Source: Lama glama (Eukaryota). From it: 64,000 nt of DNA. Under the pieces are notes generated by a model that was given only the letters and a program-made list of their open reading frames with translations, made no database searches and was not told where the DNA came from. This document shows, one piece after another, positions 12,501 to 23,165 of this stretch. Positions within the stretch are counted from its first letter, which is position 1; every line of letters begins with the position of its first letter. The DNA lies in assembly GCA_028534125.1 (NCBI GenBank), contig CM052837.1:36704001-36768000 (forward strand), read 5' to 3'. Made by a program: the position numbers and the translations under genes.

Positions 12501-15500
12501 CTGGTGGGGCCCTCTCATCTGCGCCCGTGTGATTTGAAGACTCTCTGGGGCTCCCACGTGTGCTGGGTCTGAACCCCGAGTTAGGAGAGTCCCTGTGACC
12601 CTCCAGGGCCTCGTGGGGTCACAGCCCCTAAACCTCCTCATGACCCAACAATCTTCGGGTCTTGGCACCAAAACTTGGGTGGGGAGAGTAAGGAGCATCA
12701 GACAGAGCCTCCCGGCTTGGAGCCGCTGAGAGCTGGTTCCGACGGAAGGGCCAGGGCCTCAGCCCTGTAGCACCTGCCCCGCACGGCGGGCTCGGGGGCT
12801 GCACCTGGAGCCACCTGGTCACAGAGCAAGCCCCTGCAGCTCGGGCTAGTGGCCCCACAGCCAGTGGGTCCTGGACCCCCAGGGAGGTGACTGACCCCAG
12901 ATCGTTCCCCGGGAGTGGCCCCTGCACCACGTCCTCCGGCCGGTTCATTCCAAAGAGGGGCCCCCGGCCCCCCGCCCCGCCTCCTAGGGCAGCAACACCT
13001 TGTTTGTCTTGTGTGTGGCCTGGTCTTACTTTGCCATCTTCACGCACCATCAGGACACACAGAGCCCTGGGCTCCCGGGGCCTCAGAGGCACAGTGTGGC
13101 ACCTGGGGCTCCTGGCGGCCAGCGCCGCTCTTGGCAGGGGCCTCCCGAGTCCTCGGCCTCACTGAGCGCCCACCGCCCTCCGCTTCCTGAGCCCGTCTGC
13201 GGCCACGAGGGCAGTGGGCCGTTAGAGGAGGGAACGAGCCTGTGGGCTGTCTTCAACACGGGAAGGGCGGCCTGCGGTCAGGTTAGCCCCTGGGCTGCCT
13301 GCTGCCTGGCTAGACCACCCTGAAGAGCCACCCACTCAGGAGCCTTCCCTCAAGGCTGGCGGAGCTGGCCCAGGCCACGCTGGCTGGGGTGCGAGGCCAT
13401 CGGTGCAGGGGCAGGCTCGCCCGGTCTCTGGACACCCGCAGGGGAACTGCTCCAGCCGGGGCAGGGCCTCTTGTCCCATCTGAGCAGCACTGGCACCGAG
13501 GGCGTCAACAGCCTGGTCCCCAGTGGACCCAGGACAAAGGTCCAAGATAAGGATGTTTATGCCCAAACCAGTTGCTAGTGATAAAAAATCCCAGAATATG
13601 GGCCGTCTGTCAAGGTCATGATTAATTCTCTGAGCAAATTCAACACGTGAGTTTCAGCTGAGCAACCTGCAGGCTGGGGTTAAGAAAGTAGGAAGTTTGC
13701 GTACTTCCGGGGAGAGTCAACTCCCTCCGCACCTGGCCGGCGTCCCCGAAGCCTGGGCAGGGCTGGGCAGGGCTGGGCAGGCATCCACGCGACACACACA
13801 GCGCAGGACCGAGAGCCCGCCCGGCCGCAGCAGCCACGTGGCACGGCATTTCCTCTGTGTCCTCTTCGCTCCACGGATGTGGGACGCAGGCCATTGACCA
13901 GAGAGAAGCCTTTTCAGTCCTCAAGTTCAAAAGTCAGTTTTGAAGGAATCGAGTCCCCATTTGGTCAGGACAGGGAGCGAGGCTGCTCTGAGGTCACCCT
14001 GGGAAGCGGTGGGTGGGGGCGGGGCAGCTCTCCTAGCATCAGCGCCCCCCTCCCCGGGGCACAAAGGCTAATTGTGGCTACACTGCATGTTCCTACTTGC
14101 AGAATCCAATTTACCGTTGGCCTGTGTCCTCGAAACAAAGAGCTTTTGCGTGTCAAGCTGTCTGAGCTGCTTTGACAAGTGCGGGGAGGTGTCCACGCCG
14201 GCCTGTGGACAGGGTGGGAAGGTCCCTCCTGGTGGAGGAGGACTAGGGGGTCGTGGGAGCTGGTTCCCCGGGTGGGAGGCTCATGAGGCCTTAGCTGCAG
14301 ACACAGAGAATGAACAAAGGCAGCACTTGTCAGAGCCCCTGGGACAGCGGTCAGACCACAGTCCCTTGTTACTGGTGCCCTTTCTCACGGTGCCGGAGAG
14401 GGAGCCCATGCCGCCAGGACCCCGGAGGAAGCTGCACACCGCCCACATCACTCACGAGTCCTGGACCTGCCGTCCAGGGCTGAGGGGACGGGCCCGGGAA
14501 AGGCAGGTGTCACGTCTAGCTGTGTGCACCGGCGGATGGCTGCCTGGGGACACCGAGCCTCTCTGTTCCCAGACCCCTGTGGCTGGGGTCTCTGCCCACG
14601 TCCTGTTCTAAGCCCGGCACCTTCACTGCCCAGTGAGGAGCTTTGTTTTGTTTTGTGCTACCCTTGACATTTTACGAGTCGCTCAGTGTCTGACCCGTTC
14701 ACACTGAGAACTCAGGCATCGCCGCTGCTCAGGCCTCCAGCCCCGACAGGATGCAGGACCCCGTTCACCCAGAGCACGTGGCCCTTGCAGCCTTTGTGCT
14801 CCTCCCACAGGTGGACTGTGCAGGACCTGTGCATGGGGGCAGCGAGCTGGGGGGTTGCGGGCACCTCCCGGTCTCAGCCACGCCCAGTGCTCCTGGGTCC
14901 TACAGACTCAGCTGTGACCTAAAGTGAGCACACCCCGCCCCCTGACCTGACGGAGAGCCCATGAGGGGCCCAGTCCCCCGCAGGGCCGTGTCCTCAGAAG
15001 GGTGTCCAGGCTGGTTCGCTGGGGAACTCGCAGGCCAGGTCCTAGGGGCTAATGGCAAGACCCTTTCTCAGGCTCCTGACTTCACCCCACTGGCCGAGCC
15101 CCACAAGTGCACACCAAGAGAAGCTGAGAAGCCAGCCAGCCCCCCGGGGGCTCCTTGGAGGGGCCTCTTGGTCAGAATCTCCTGTCCCACTGGCCAGCTG
15201 CTGATTGAAAAGGAGCCCCACCCCTCCAGGCCCAAATCCCCTTTCCTGGGGGGCCACCAGTCCTCAGCTTGGTGACAGCCACCTCCCCCCAGCTCCCTCC
15301 TGGCTCAGGCCCCTCTGCTGGTCCTCACAGCTGCCCCCGGGGTGACTCAACAGTGTCATAGTCACCAGGGGTCTCACCCCTCGTGGGAGCCAGAGCTCTG
15401 TGACAGCGGCTTTCACAACAGCGTGGGCTCTAGATCCTGGCGCCAGCTCACCGCCTACCACAGCCCAGGAGCAAGTGTGAGGGGCCCCGCCGCTTGCCTG

Positions 15501-18500
15501 CTCCCCACTCCCCTCCCCTCTCAGAACCAGGGCTCCTCGTGCTCAGGTGGGGCGGGCCATGGCTCTGGCCCACCCTGAACCTCTGTCTTCTCTCTGGTTT
15601 TCGTCCTCCCTCCCCCATCCAGCTCCATCTGGCTCCTCCTGAAGAACCCCACGTTCATCCTGCTCTGCCTGGCCGGGGCCACCGAGGCCACGCTCATTGC
15701 TGGCATGTCCACATTTGGCCCCAAGTTCCTGGAGTCCCAGTTCAGCCTGAGCGCCTCAGAAGCTGCCAGCTTGTTTGGTGAGAACACCCCCGAATCTTGG
15801 CAGGGCCTCTGCTTCTTCCCCAGTTCGCAAAGGCTCTTCTAGGAAGTCCCAGGCAGTGCTGCTCACATGGGGCGCACGTCCTGGCCTGTGGTCCAGCCCA
15901 GGCAGGGGCCCCAGAGCAGGGTCCTGGGCTCCTGCACAACAGCTCTGTTCCCACTTACAAAGGCCGCCCCCGGACGGGCAGAGCGGTCCTTCCCGAGGGC
16001 AGTTTGGGAAGCGCTGGTCACAGCGTGCTGACCGGCTCTCTCCACCCCCACCTCGCCACCTGGGGTCTTGGCCTTCGTCTTCCCTGGCTCGTGGCAGAAA
16101 GGGTTTGGGTGGCCGATTCCCCTGGGCTCCCTTGGACCTGGCTGTCCCCGTGAGCCCGGTGGCCAGTGTCCTGGAGTCTTCCTAGGGCTGGAGCCTGGGA
16201 CCTGCCTGGCCGGAGGCGCTCTGCGGCCAGAGGCAGGCTTGTCCTACCAAGAGAGCAAGGGTCCTCCTCAAACGCCCTCTTTCGGCCCCTGGTCACAGGG
16301 TAGCCCCTTGCTGTGGGGGCGGCCACGGCCTCGTTGTGCAGGAGGTGTCGGGGGACGATCTTGGACATGAGGGCCGGGGCTACCGGTGCAAGATGGGGCA
16401 ACTGAGCAGCACAGGGTCAACCCTGGCCATCCCCTCCCCACAGGGCTCCACTCCCTGCTCGGGAGGAGGGCGTCAGGATAGGGAACCCCACCTCGCTCTA
16501 ATAAATGTCCCCAGACAGCCCTCCTGGCCTGGCCTCTCAGCTGAGTGCCCCCGCGGGAGCTGCCCCCATCCCCACAGCAACCAGCATGCGCCCTGGAACA
16601 GCCACGTTCTCTGGGGTCCCCCCTTCTCCACTCCTAGAGCTGGTCTCCATCTGGGGCAACAGGGTCACTGAGCCCGGGGACTTTGAGGTCTGCTCCACTC
16701 CTGCAAGAGCCCCCCATCTGTACCCCCTCCCCAGGATGGCCTAGGAGCCACACACCAATGAATCCCGACTTTCTACCAAAGGGCAGTGGCCACCGGCTTC
16801 TCCACATGTCTCCTTATGGTCGCACTCCGTAGAGGCCACGGTGGGCCCAGGGACCACGATTGTCCTGGGGCCTTCCCAACAGGTTGGCAGGGGCCAATGA
16901 CGGCTCCTCTTCCCTATCCTGTCCACGGCCTCTGAGCAGCTGGCCAGGTGGCCTCCCCAGGCCCAGGGCCAAGGCTCCCCCAGTGCCCTGCCCTGTGCTC
17001 TGAGAGCACGGGTCAGGGTCGGGGGAACTGAGTGGGGAACCCAGCACTGCCACGTGGACGGGGACCGATGGCTGTGGCCTCTGTTTCCCCTTCGGTAAAG
17101 CGGAAAAGAGACCCGGTGGGTTGAGTGCCCCAGCCCCACGGCTCCCCAGGACACCACTGAGCCCCTCCCTCTCCGCAGGGTACCTGGTGGTGCCTGCGGG
17201 TGGTGGAGGCACCCTCCTGGGCGGCTTCCTTGTGAACAAGCTCAAGCTCCGTGGCTCGGGCATCATCAAGTCCTGCCTGCTCTGCACCCTGACCAGCCTG
17301 CTGGCCGTCCTCGTCTTCCTCGTGCACTGCCCCAACGTGCCCACGGCCGGCGTGACCGCCAACTACAACGGGAGGTGAGGGCCAGGCGGCGTCCGGGTGG
17401 AGAGACCGCTACACACCTGTTGGGGCACCTGTGGTCCCTGGGNNNNNNNNNNNNNNNNNNNNNNNNNNNNNNNNNNNNNNNNNNNNNNNNNNNNNNNNNN
17501 NNNNNNNNNNNNNNNNNNNNNNNNNNNNNNNNNNNNNNNNNNNNNNNNNNNNNNNNNNNNNNNNNNNNNNNNNNNNNNNNNNNNNNNNNNNNNNNNNNNN
17601 NNNNNNNNNNNNNNNNNNNNNNNNNNNNNNNNNNNNNNNNNNNNNNNNNNNNNNNNNNNNNNNNNNNNNNNNNNNNNNNNNNNNNNNNNNNNNNNNNNNN
17701 NNNNNNNNNNNNNNNNNNNNNNNNNNNNNNNNNNNNNNNNNNNNNNNNNNNNNNNNNNNNNNNNNNNNNNNNNNNNNNNNNNNNNNNNNNNNNNNNNNNN
17801 NNNNNNNNNNNNNNNNNNNNNNNNNNNNNNNNNNNNNNNNNNNNNNNNNNNNNNNNNNNNNNNNNNNNNNNNNNNNNNNNNNNNNNNNNNNNNNNNNNNN
17901 NNNNNNNNNNNNNNNNNNNNNNNNNNNNNNNNNNNNNNNNNNAAGCTCCGTGGCTCGGGCATCATCAAGTCCTGCCTGCTCTGCACCCTGACCAGCCTGC
18001 TGGCCGTCCTCGTCTTCCTCGTGCACTGCCCCAACGTGCCCACGGCCGGCGTGACCGCCAACTACAACGGGAGGTGAGGGCCAGGCGGCGTCCGGGTGGA
18101 GAGACCGCTACACACCTGTTGGGGCACCTGTGGTCCCTGGGGTGGGGAGACGGGGTCTGGCACTTGGGGTGCAGTCAGTGTTTGGAGACGGTCATAGCAA
18201 CGGGAGGACGCCCTTGGCGGGGTGTCCGTAGGACAACGGCCGGCCGCTCACACACCTCACCTGAGCCTCAGTCCTCTGCCCGTACACAGACAGCAGCAGC
18301 CCCAGCTCCTCTCTCCACGTGGTGGTGGATGGTGGCCCGGATCGGCCCGTGTGCTGCTGTGTTGGGGACTGAGAGGAGGCACCCGTTGGGTGTGATTTGG
18401 GAAATCTGAGCTAGACGCAGGCCACCTGGCCTGGGGCCTACGGCTGCCTCCCAGGGATTCCTTGTGGAGGCGGCAGCGTGAGGGCAGAGGGCAAGGAAGC

Positions 18501-21500
18501 CGCCGCACCACTGTGGAGACAGCCGGACAGCCGGTGGGGAGTGGCGGGCCCTGTGCACCATGGAGAGGGTGAGGGGGCTGGTCCTCAGGCAGCTTCGAGA
18601 GATCGCTGAGCGGAACAGTGTGCACAGCGTGCTCGATCTGAGTGAGAGGAGGGAGAGAGGGTGTGATCGCTGACATGTGTGTGGACAACAATCAGTGCAG
18701 ATGAGCAGCAGCCTGGGCGGGGAGGCAAGGGGTGCTGCCCGGGGCTTTGTACCTGGGGCTCGCGCGCTTTCGAGCCCTGGAATGCGCTGCCTTCCAGAAA
18801 CGAGCCAGGCAGGGAAGCGCGCTGCGCGCAGCTGGAGGGTGGTTCGGGCTGGGTTTGCTCCGCTCTGAGAGCCTGCAGAGACTACGAGCAGAGGGCCATG
18901 TAGGAAGCCCTGGTCCTCGGGGTGGGGGGAGCAAACCCAACACATATGCAAACCCGCCGTCGTGGGCCGGAGGACACCAGACCCGAGGCTGTCCTTGAGA
19001 TGGGGTGCCCGCCTGGCACCAGCCTCCGCCCACCAGCGTCTCATCTCCGACCTGCAGCCTCCTGCCCGACGGCCGCCTGGAGCTGACGGCCACCTGCAAT
19101 GCCGCCTGCGGCTGCTGGCCCGAACACTACCACCCCGTGTGCGGCTCCAATGGCCTCATGTACTTCTCGCCCTGCCACGCGGGCTGCCCGGAGGCGGCCG
19201 TGCCCGGCCCGGGCGGCCAGAAGGTGAGCGCGGCCGCTGCCCGTGTTGTCCGCGCCTGCACCCGGGGGGCCCGGCCCTTCCTCCTGTAATCAGCGTTGTT
19301 GTTGCGGTCCCCAGGTGTACCGAGACTGTAGCTGTGTCCCTCAGAATTTTTCCTCTGGTTTTGGCCATGCTACTGCAGGGAAATGCACTTCAACTTGTCA
19401 AAGAAAGCCCCTCCTTCTGGGTTTCACATTCGTTGTAATTACCTTTACATTCCTCAGCAGCATTCCTGCGCTAACCGCGACTTTACGGTAAGCCTGGGGC
19501 CGGGTTCTCTCTGGTCCAGAGCCTCCCCTGTGCAGCTGCAGTGGCGCCCTCCAGACCCCTGCGGGCACGTGCCCGGCCCCGAAAGCTGTGGCAGGAAAGA
19601 GCTGACTGCCTCTATGAGGTGCTTGCCACCGGGGGAGGAGGTGACGCGGCCGGGCTGGGCCAGGACTGGGCCGCTGGCGCGGGGGTGTGGCCTGGCGAGC
19701 AGCCCGCTTCCCCCACGCTGACGCCTTGGCTTCCCGTTGCAGATGCGTCCCTGACTGGCAGAGGTCCTTTGCGCTGGGAATCCAGTGGATTGTGGTTAGA
19801 ACTCTAGGTACTGTGCCGTGTGAGGGAGCCACACGCCGTCGAGCCGTGACGGGCGTGTGCCAGGGGTCTCCTCACCAAGCCGGTGTGCAGCCCGGCGGGA
19901 GCCACGCCCCCTCAGGGAAGGGTGCCATCCCCGAACAGTCCACTAGAGGGACCCATGGTGGCTTATTTGCCCAGAGGGCAGCCTTTCCTCGTGGACACGA
20001 AGGCTCCATCAGAGTCCGAGATGGGGGGACTCCACAGGCATGGGGGCAAGTCTCCCGAGAAAGGACATCCAAGTCCGCTCAGCGCTCCCTGAGCACGCCC
20101 GTGCCGATGCCGCCGTCCTGACAGCCTGTGCCGCCTGGGTCCTGGCGCTGCCCACCCCACCCTGGCCGCCACGGGCGCGCCCGCATACTGAGTGTGCCTC
20201 TCTCCGCAGGGGGCATCCCGGGGCCCATCGCCTTCGGCTGGGTGATCGACAAGGCGTGCCTGCTCTGGCAGGGCCAGTGCGGCCAGCAGGGCTCCTGCTC
20301 TGTCTACCGGAACTCGGCCATGAGCCGGTACATGCTCATCCTGGGGCTGCTATACAAGGTGAGCAGGGCGGCGCCTCCCCGCATGCTGGAGGACGTCCCG
20401 GGGTCCAGCTCGGAGGGCGGCCATTCCCCTGGGGCCTCCCAACAGCTCACGCCCCCTGGAGCCCTGGGCCTTAGGCGTCGCTCCTGCAGCCTGGCTTCCA
20501 GGAGCGGGATCCTCCCCCGGTTCGTGCTGTCACTGTTGGGACCCTGATGATGTGATGCCAGTGGAGGGAACGGTGGGACAGGAGGCCCCGGGTCACAGGG
20601 GCTCACTAGCCAGGCCCCAGGCCCCAGGTCCCAGCAGCGGCTCCCCCCCCCCCCGCCTTCCAGGGCCCTCACCATCCCAGCTGGCTGGTTAGCCTGGGGC
20701 TCTGGTCAGATATGTCACTGGAGAAATACGAACCGCCCCTCCCTGTGAGAGATGCTTCTGGGGGCCTCTCCCTCCGGGCCAGGCCAGCTGGTTGGTCCAC
20801 AAGCAGCAGAGCTTGTCTGTCCTTAGTTACGGCCCAATGCTTAGCCCCACCCTCTGCTCAAGCCATTGAGAGAAAATTCTGCTGTGTCTCTTGGCATATG
20901 CTATCTGAGGAGAAACACAGTATTTACATTTCGAATTCCCCCCCTTGGACGAAAAGGCACCAAACTTTCCAAATAAAATGAAGCCCTAGGGCCAGTGTGT
21001 GAGAGAGTCTGGTGTTCCTCTTTGCGCAGAGGGCGGACTCAGGAATACTCCACTGGCAGAGCGGCTTTCCTTGAGCCTTTTCGGGAAGGGCCTCAACAAC
21101 AAGGGCCTCAGCAACCCTTGGGCTTATTTCCCCGAAGATTAGCTTAAAAGTAGCCACGGGCGAGAAGGGATTTGTGAGGCTCTGGGCAAGACTGAGGGGT
21201 CAGTTTGAAGAGACGCGCCACGTGCTCAGGGAGCTGGCCCTCACATGACTTTTCCCTGTGTCGCCCGGTCCCTCGGCCAGAGCAGCAGGCCAGCACCCGG
21301 CGGCTGTGCGCCCAGAGAGCAACCCCTCGGGACTGGCTCCCACAATCAGCTGGCGGCAGACGGGTCACAGGCCACAAAGTGCTAAGGGCCTCTTGTTCCT
21401 ACGGCTTCAGGCCCAACAGCCAGGGGGGTGCCAGGAAACACCGTGGGGGTCCCGGTAAAGCCTGGCGCTTAGGCATCAACCATAGACCCGGACATCGGAG

Positions 21501-22053
21501 GCCACCACGCGCCCCCACGCTGGCGTTTTACAGGCCTCTCGTGGCTCCTGTTACCCAGGGGTCAGTGTGGTGGCTGTAGGTCGGGTAACCTCCAGTGCCG
21601 ACCAACTCTGACTTGGGCTTCTGGGACGGCCGTAACAAAGGGCCACACGCCCCGAACAACTGAGGGTCGCTCTGCCTCATGCTGGAGGCCCACGTCCACT
21701 CCCCAGGGCGCTCCAAGGGGTCTCTGCTCCCGGCCTCTCCCTCCCCTGGTCCCCGGCCATCCCTGGAGCTCCTGGGCTTTGAGAAGCGCCCCCCAACTCT
21801 GCCTCCACCGGCACGCGGCTGCCCCCGGAGTGCCTCCGTGCCGGCGCTGGGGGTAGCTCAGGGGCTCCGGCGGCTCCTCTCTCCCCAGGTCCTGGGCTTC
21901 CTCTTCTTCGCTGCCGCCTGCCTCCTGTACAAGCCCCCATCGGGGCCTTCTGACGGCCTGGAAGCGTCTCTGCCCAGCCAGTCCTTGGCCTCCGACAACC
22001 CCCTGGACCTTCAGGAGGCCCCCTCCACCCTCCAGCTCCAGAGTGACGTCTGA
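8756..22053 (+). CDS. SLCO4A1: Solute carrier organic anion transporter 4A1 (OATP4A1/OATP-E), spliced CDS join(8756..9557,10482..10572,11888..12009,12381..12492,15623..15777,17179..17374,19058..19223,19315..19487,19743..19807,20210..20358,21889..22053), 731 aa
   Basis: Exons splice in frame with GT-AG boundaries (2196 nt total). The translation has OATP hallmarks: [21 protein letters not shown], signature [14 protein letters not shown], Kazal-like [42 protein letters not shown]. Adjacent to NTSR1 as in human. Confidence 0.97.
10482..10572 (+). CDS. SLCO4A1: SLCO4A1 exon 3
   Basis: ttcccttccag|GC ATC TTC TAC... [29 protein letters not shown]; donor CG|GTGAGC. Confidence 0.96.
10818..11500 (-). 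mobile_element. MER21-like ERV LTR relic in SLCO4A1 intron 3
   Basis: cagtcccacaagaccacccccacttcagacgcca, ggttcccacaacccctc, aatttgcaagaacggctctcagaac; orientation tentative. Confidence 0.65.
11888..12009 (+). CDS. SLCO4A1: SLCO4A1 exon 4 (OATP signature)
   Basis: ctctcccgcag|; [40 protein letters not shown]; donor G|GTGGGT. Confidence 0.96.
12381..12492 (+). CDS. SLCO4A1: SLCO4A1 exon 5
   Basis: gtcctcccag|; [36 protein letters not shown]; donor CT|GTAAGG. Confidence 0.95.
15623..15777 (+). CDS. SLCO4A1: SLCO4A1 exon 6
   Basis: Long pyrimidine tract ...catccag|; [51 protein letters not shown]; donor G|GTGAGA. Confidence 0.96.
17179..17374 (+). CDS. SLCO4A1: SLCO4A1 exon 7
   Basis: ctctccgcag|; [30 protein letters not shown]...[15 protein letters not shown]; donor AG|GTGAGG. 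Confidence 0.96.
17443..17942. other. Assembly gap (500 N)
   Basis: Run of exactly 500 N. Confidence 0.99.
17943..18141 (+). repeat. Identical 199-bp copy of 17244-17442 (3' part of exon 7 + donor); probable false duplication
   Basis: Sequence right after the gap repeats the 199 bp right before it. Confidence 0.9.
19058..19223 (+). CDS. SLCO4A1: SLCO4A1 exon 8 (Kazal-like extracellular domain)
   Basis: cctgcag|; [55 protein letters not shown]; donor AAG|GTGAGC. Confidence 0.96.
19315..19487 (+). CDS. SLCO4A1: SLCO4A1 exon 9
   Basis: gtccccag|; [57 protein letters not shown]; donor CG|GTAAGC. Confidence 0.96.
19743..19807 (+). CDS. SLCO4A1: SLCO4A1 exon 10
   Basis: ttcccgttgcag|; [21 protein letters not shown]; donor G|GTACTG. 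Confidence 0.95.
20210..20358 (+). CDS. SLCO4A1: SLCO4A1 exon 11
   Basis: ctctccgcag|; [49 protein letters not shown]; donor AAG|GTGAGC. Confidence 0.96.
21889..22053 (+). CDS. SLCO4A1: SLCO4A1 last exon (exon 12), coding part
   Basis: ctctctccccag|; [32 protein letters not shown]...QLQSDV; stop TGA 22051-22053. Confidence 0.95.
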   Translation, partial: VLGFLFFAAACLLYKPPSGPSDGLEASLPSQSLASDNPLDLQEAPSTLQLQSDV

Positions 22054-23165
22054 CAGCCCCCCGCCCGCCCAGGGGCCCGCCAGCCTCACGGCGCTTCCCG
22101 GGAACACCGTCTAAGTTCTCTCCAGGAGGGGTGACCCCTCACCGATTGACCCCCAGCGCTGAGGACCCTGTGAGAATCTGCCACTGGATCGGGGAAGGGG
22201 GAACTGAGCCGACCGTCCCGCGTCTGAGCCTGAAAGGCACCAAGGAGAAAGCTGGAGATGCATAGGAAGGACCGCCCTGCCCCAGCCCCTTGGAGCTCAG
22301 TGTGGGGAGCGGGGGCTGGGCTCTCAGATCCGAAAGAGCAAGGCCCACAGCTGTGCCCTCCCTTCCGCCCCATCCACACCCCGCTCTTTCCCATGGACTT
22401 AGCCTGACGGTGTCCTCTGGGGCCTCAGGACCCCTGGGGCACATTAACAGCCGTGCTTCCAAAGCACTGCGTGCAGTTCCCACCTAACCCAGCAGGAGCT
22501 ACAGAAAGCGCAGAACCACGTGCGGGCTTGCTGAGGCTCCCCGAGCGGCAACTGACGGCTCGGAGCGGCAGCCGCCCGGCGGTGTGCAAGTCCTCTCCTC
22601 TCCAGAGGAGCCGAGACGCGCTCAGCGTGGTCTTTGACGGCCCAGGGCTTGTGCGCTGTTTTCACTGGTGAAGCTGGCACTTCTGGGATCCCCTGATGGG
22701 AGGTGCAGACCCCTGCCCCCCGCCCCCCTACCGCCGTCAAGATGCTGCGTGGCCAGTGGTGCTTCTGGGCGGGGCCCCTGCACCTTGCAGCCGCCTGGCC
22801 CTGACTTCCTGTGTGTCTCCTGATGAAGAGGTGGCGGGTGTGAGGCTGTCCCCGGGGGTGCCATCCCCATGGACCCTTCTCCTTGATATGTTGTTCAAAA
22901 CCTGCTGTCACCGCCTGTCCTCGGTGCCACCTGGCCCCGCTGTGGGATGGGAACCACTTGCATAAGGATGTATTTGTGGACCTATATCTGGCGTGAACAT
23001 TTATTTATGGAATTTGTTTTTTACCTGATGATGCGATGAGCGTTTGTGAATCTGCCCCGAGGACATCAGGACTTGTGTGGACCGCCTGTTGCCGGTGTCC
23101 TCAGCGACAGTTGTTTGTACGTAAATATATTTTAATATTTAAAGCTTATGTTCCTTCCCGTGTGT
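22054..23165 (+). other. SLCO4A1: Probable SLCO4A1 3' UTR; end inferred
   Basis: Follows the stop codon. AU-rich block ATTTATTTAT at 22999, variant hexamers AATATA (23124) and TTTAAA (23138), then a GT/T-rich tract at about 23160-23172. Confidence 0.5.

Noticed and set aside
17363-18409. Long ORFs spanning the gap
   Set aside because: Artefacts of translating N bases.
18548-18572. RE1/NRSE-like GCACCATGGAGAG
   Set aside because: Left half lacks TCAGCACC and the right flank mismatches; too weak.
12500-19000. Orthologue of the human antisense lncRNA SLCO4A1-AS1
   Set aside because: No exon or promoter can be supported from sequence alone; needs stranded RNA-seq.
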